Shown one piece after another: positions 15,298-17,303 of a stretch of DNA of 17,303 nucleotides (the stretch's first letter is position 1; the number at the start of each line of letters is the position of its first letter). Made by a program: the position numbers and the translations under genes. The stretch spans positions 1 through 17,303 of the forward strand of contig JBGSIV010000009.1 in the NCBI GenBank assembly GCA_041742355.1, written 5' to 3'. This stretch comes from Candidatus Zixiibacteriota bacterium. GTDB taxonomy: Bacteria; Zixibacteria; MSB-5A5; GN15; FEB-12. The notes under the pieces are model-generated. The model saw nothing but the letters and a program-made list of their open reading frames with translations. It was not told the origin of the DNA and did not search any database.

Positions 15298-15948
15298 ATG
15301 AAAGAATTCGTCGTAATAGGCCTCGGCAACTTCGGCGCCACTGTTGCCCGTGAGCTGGCCCGTCAGAAGTGCCGCGTGACGGCGGTCGACGTGGACGAAC
15401 ACCGTGTCCAGGATCTGCAGGATCTCGTTCACATTGCGGTCGTCGCCGACGCCACGGAACGCCGCTTCCTCGAAAACCTCGAGGTGGAGAAGTTCGATGC
15501 GTTTATCGTCTCCACCGGGGTCGACTCCCATGCCTCGATCCTGATTACGCTTCACTTGAAAGAACTCGGCGCCCAGCAGGTCATCGTCAAAGCCAACTCC
15601 GCCGACCATTCCAAGATTCTGATCAAGGTTGGCGCCGACGACGCCATCATTCCCGAGGAGCAGATGGCCGGCCGGCTGGCCCACTCGCTGGCGCAGTCAA
15701 ACCTAATTGATTACCTCCCCCTCTCTGCCGACCACTTTGTCGCCGAACTCGTCCCGCCCGACAGCTTCGTCGGCAAGTCCCTCCAGGCTATCGGGCTTCG
15801 ATCGAAGTACAACCTGCAGGCGGTTGCCACCAAGCACAGCCGCACCGGCGAGTACGTCTTCGCCCCGGGCGGCGAATACGTCATCGGAGAACACGATCTG
15901 CTGGTCATTCTCGGAAAAGAGGAGGATATCGAGCGCCTCCGTCCCTGA
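15298..15948 (+). CDS. ktrA: Ktr/TrkA-family RCK regulatory subunit (216 aa)
   Basis: FVVIGLGNFG Rossmann motif, ADATE, LKELG...VIVKA, C-terminal RCK_C-like domain; follows ktrB. Confidence 0.93.
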   Translation: MKEFVVIGLGNFGATVARELARQKCRVTAVDVDEHRVQDLQDLVHIAVVADATERRFLENLEVEKFDAFIVSTGVDSHASILITLHLKELGAQQVIVKANSADHSKILIKVGADDAIIPEEQMAGRLAHSLAQSNLIDYLPLSADHFVAELVPPDSFVGKSLQAIGLRSKYNLQAVATKHSRTGEYVFAPGGEYVIGEHDLLVILGKEEDIERLRP

Positions 15949-15968
15949 CAGGCCCTGAGCGAAACTTG

Positions 15969-15998
15969 TTGACGGCGGCCGGCGGCGGTGGTACCAAT
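15969..15998 (+). promoter_or_regulatory. Putative promoter of the VanZ-family gene
   Basis: TTGACG-17 bp-TACCAA(T), preceded by TGG, about 8 nt before the ATG at 16006. Confidence 0.4.
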
Positions 15999-16005
15999 AG
16001 CTCCC

Positions 16006-16419
16006 ATGAATCTTTCTTCCCCCGCACCCGACCGGTGGCGCCGCTTTCTCCTGTACCACTTGCCTGCCCTGGCCTACGCGGGCGGGATCATCGTCCTTTC
16101 CTCCTTGCGCAATCTGCGGCCGCCGGATATTGACATACCTCAGCTCGACAAGGTCATTCACTTCTCCGAATACGCGATCTTTGCGCTCCTGATCTTCCGC
16201 TCGTTCTACCACCTTGGCCGTGATCCGAATTTGCGCAGGTCTCTGTTGCTCAGTGCACTTTTTGTGTCAATCTTTGCACTCTTCGACGAAACCTACCAAC
16301 GTTTTGTGCCTGGCCGCCACTCCGATTGGCGCGACTTCGCCGTCGATATCCTCGGCGCCGTGATCATTCTGTCTCTCCTGGGCTTGTATCGAGGTTGGAA
16401 GAAGCGCAGAAGTTACTGA
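16006..16419 (+). CDS. VanZ-family membrane protein (137 aa)
   Basis: DKVIHFSEYAIF, DETYQRFVPGRHSDWRDFAVDILG signature; four hydrophobic segments. Confidence 0.88.
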   Translation: MNLSSPAPDRWRRFLLYHLPALAYAGGIIVLSSLRNLRPPDIDIPQLDKVIHFSEYAIFALLIFRSFYHLGRDPNLRRSLLLSALFVSIFALFDETYQRFVPGRHSDWRDFAVDILGAVIILSLLGLYRGWKKRRSY

Positions 16420-16465
16420 CAGTGCTTCAGGACTCAACAGTTTCAATGCGTTTCCCTCAATTATC

Positions 16466-16493
16466 TTGACTTCAATAGCACCCGGCATATATT
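16466..16493 (+). promoter_or_regulatory. Putative sigma70 promoter of the last gene
   Basis: TTGACT-16 bp-TATATT in an AT-rich patch. Confidence 0.55.
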
Positions 16494-16925
16494 TCACTTG
16501 GTTAGGTAGCGACTAACCGGGTAGTCAGCTATGCGGTAGTAGATCCCCCATTGGTCTAACTCCGGCTGCAAGCCGATTGGTCAAACGACAGCAGTCCGTC
16601 TGTTCCAACATGACCGGCAGGGTTGAAACGCCCGCCGCGCAAAACACGACATATATCGATTACGGCGGAGCGCATTCTCGAATCGCGGCTTGGTGATACA
16701 GATGCAGTATCGTTCCGTACCAACATCGCGCCGAACTGCTATCGTCGGCGGCAGCCTCTGGCCGGCGGCATTGGTCGCTTTCCGTGTTACGGTTCAGTCC
16801 GGACGCGCGCTTCTTTCCGGTGAAATGAATTCTTGCAGGCGGTTGAACACCGCTACGGGATGCAACACTATATTTGCAGAAAGCCAACAGTACAACAAAC
16901 TGCTTGTGAAGGGAGAGACTAACGT

Positions 16926-17303
16926 ATGAAGTGGCGTCTTCTAACGGTACTGGTTCTGGTCCTTGGGCTCTGTGCCGGATCCGCTCTGGCGCAGGTCGAC
17001 CCGTTCGGCACGATGGACACGATTGCCCTCGTCCCGACGGTTGTCCCGGACCCCGGAGCCGGTCAGTACAAGCTTCGCCTCGACCTGTACGTGTACAGCG
17101 ATGAACCCTTGGTCGGCGGGACCGTCGGCTTCATGTGGGACAACGCCAAGGTCGTCATGGATAGCGCGGTGACGACCACCGCCATCAACTCGGCCTTCGA
17201 CCTCGGCCGGTTTCTCTACGAGGGCAACAGCATCGCGACGACCAACGCCAACAAGCGTTTCCTCTTCGGCGCCGCGTCCCTCTTCAGCTCGCTGCCCGGT
17301 GAC
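16926..17303 (+). CDS. Secreted protein, 5' part only (runs off the window); beta-rich, possibly cohesin-like N-terminal domain
   Basis: Not in the ORF track; SD AAGGGAGA; open frame MKWRLLTVLVLVLGLCAGSALA|QVDPFGTMDTIALVP...LRLDLYVYSDEPLVGGTVGFMWDNAKVVMDSA with an ALA signal peptidase I site. Confidence 0.85.
   Translation, partial: MKWRLLTVLVLVLGLCAGSALAQVDPFGTMDTIALVPTVVPDPGAGQYKLRLDLYVYSDEPLVGGTVGFMWDNAKVVMDSAVTTTAINSAFDLGRFLYEGNSIATTNANKRFLFGAASLFSSLPGD

Noticed and set aside
16545..16670. c-di-GMP-I riboswitch
   Set aside because: Fragments (GGTCTAA, GACAGC, GAAA loop, GCAAAAC) are present but in the wrong order and without a P1 stem

Overview
Bacterial chromosomal window, GC-rich in the housekeeping genes. 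The style of the secreted proteins suggests an FCB-group lineage such as Zixibacteria, which is inference only. The core is a minus-strand cluster tilS-hpt-ftsH-folE ... folP-cdaA, split between folE and folP by an orphan cheY-like/cheC-like pair and a DUF488 gene. To its right, transcribed divergently, are ktrB-ktrA, a VanZ-family gene and the truncated start of a secreted protein with a long leader. To its left are a secreted fibre-like protein and lepA. The most unusual part is the first ~2.15 kb. It holds a lower-GC two-gene unit: a lipoprotein ending in a 4-Cys hydrophobic bacteriocin-like peptide, plus an 80-aa two-TM protein that could be an immunity factor. Between this unit and lepA is a 670-bp intergenic mosaic of several REP-like hairpin classes, three AAACGAACCCAA direct repeats and a 9-7-9 imperfect inverted site 5 bp from the lepA stop, together resembling a tyrosine-recombinase attachment site. 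Hpt, FolE and CdaA each carry a non-canonical residue in a normally conserved motif, and three genes look leaderless. All family calls come from motif recognition; no searches were run.
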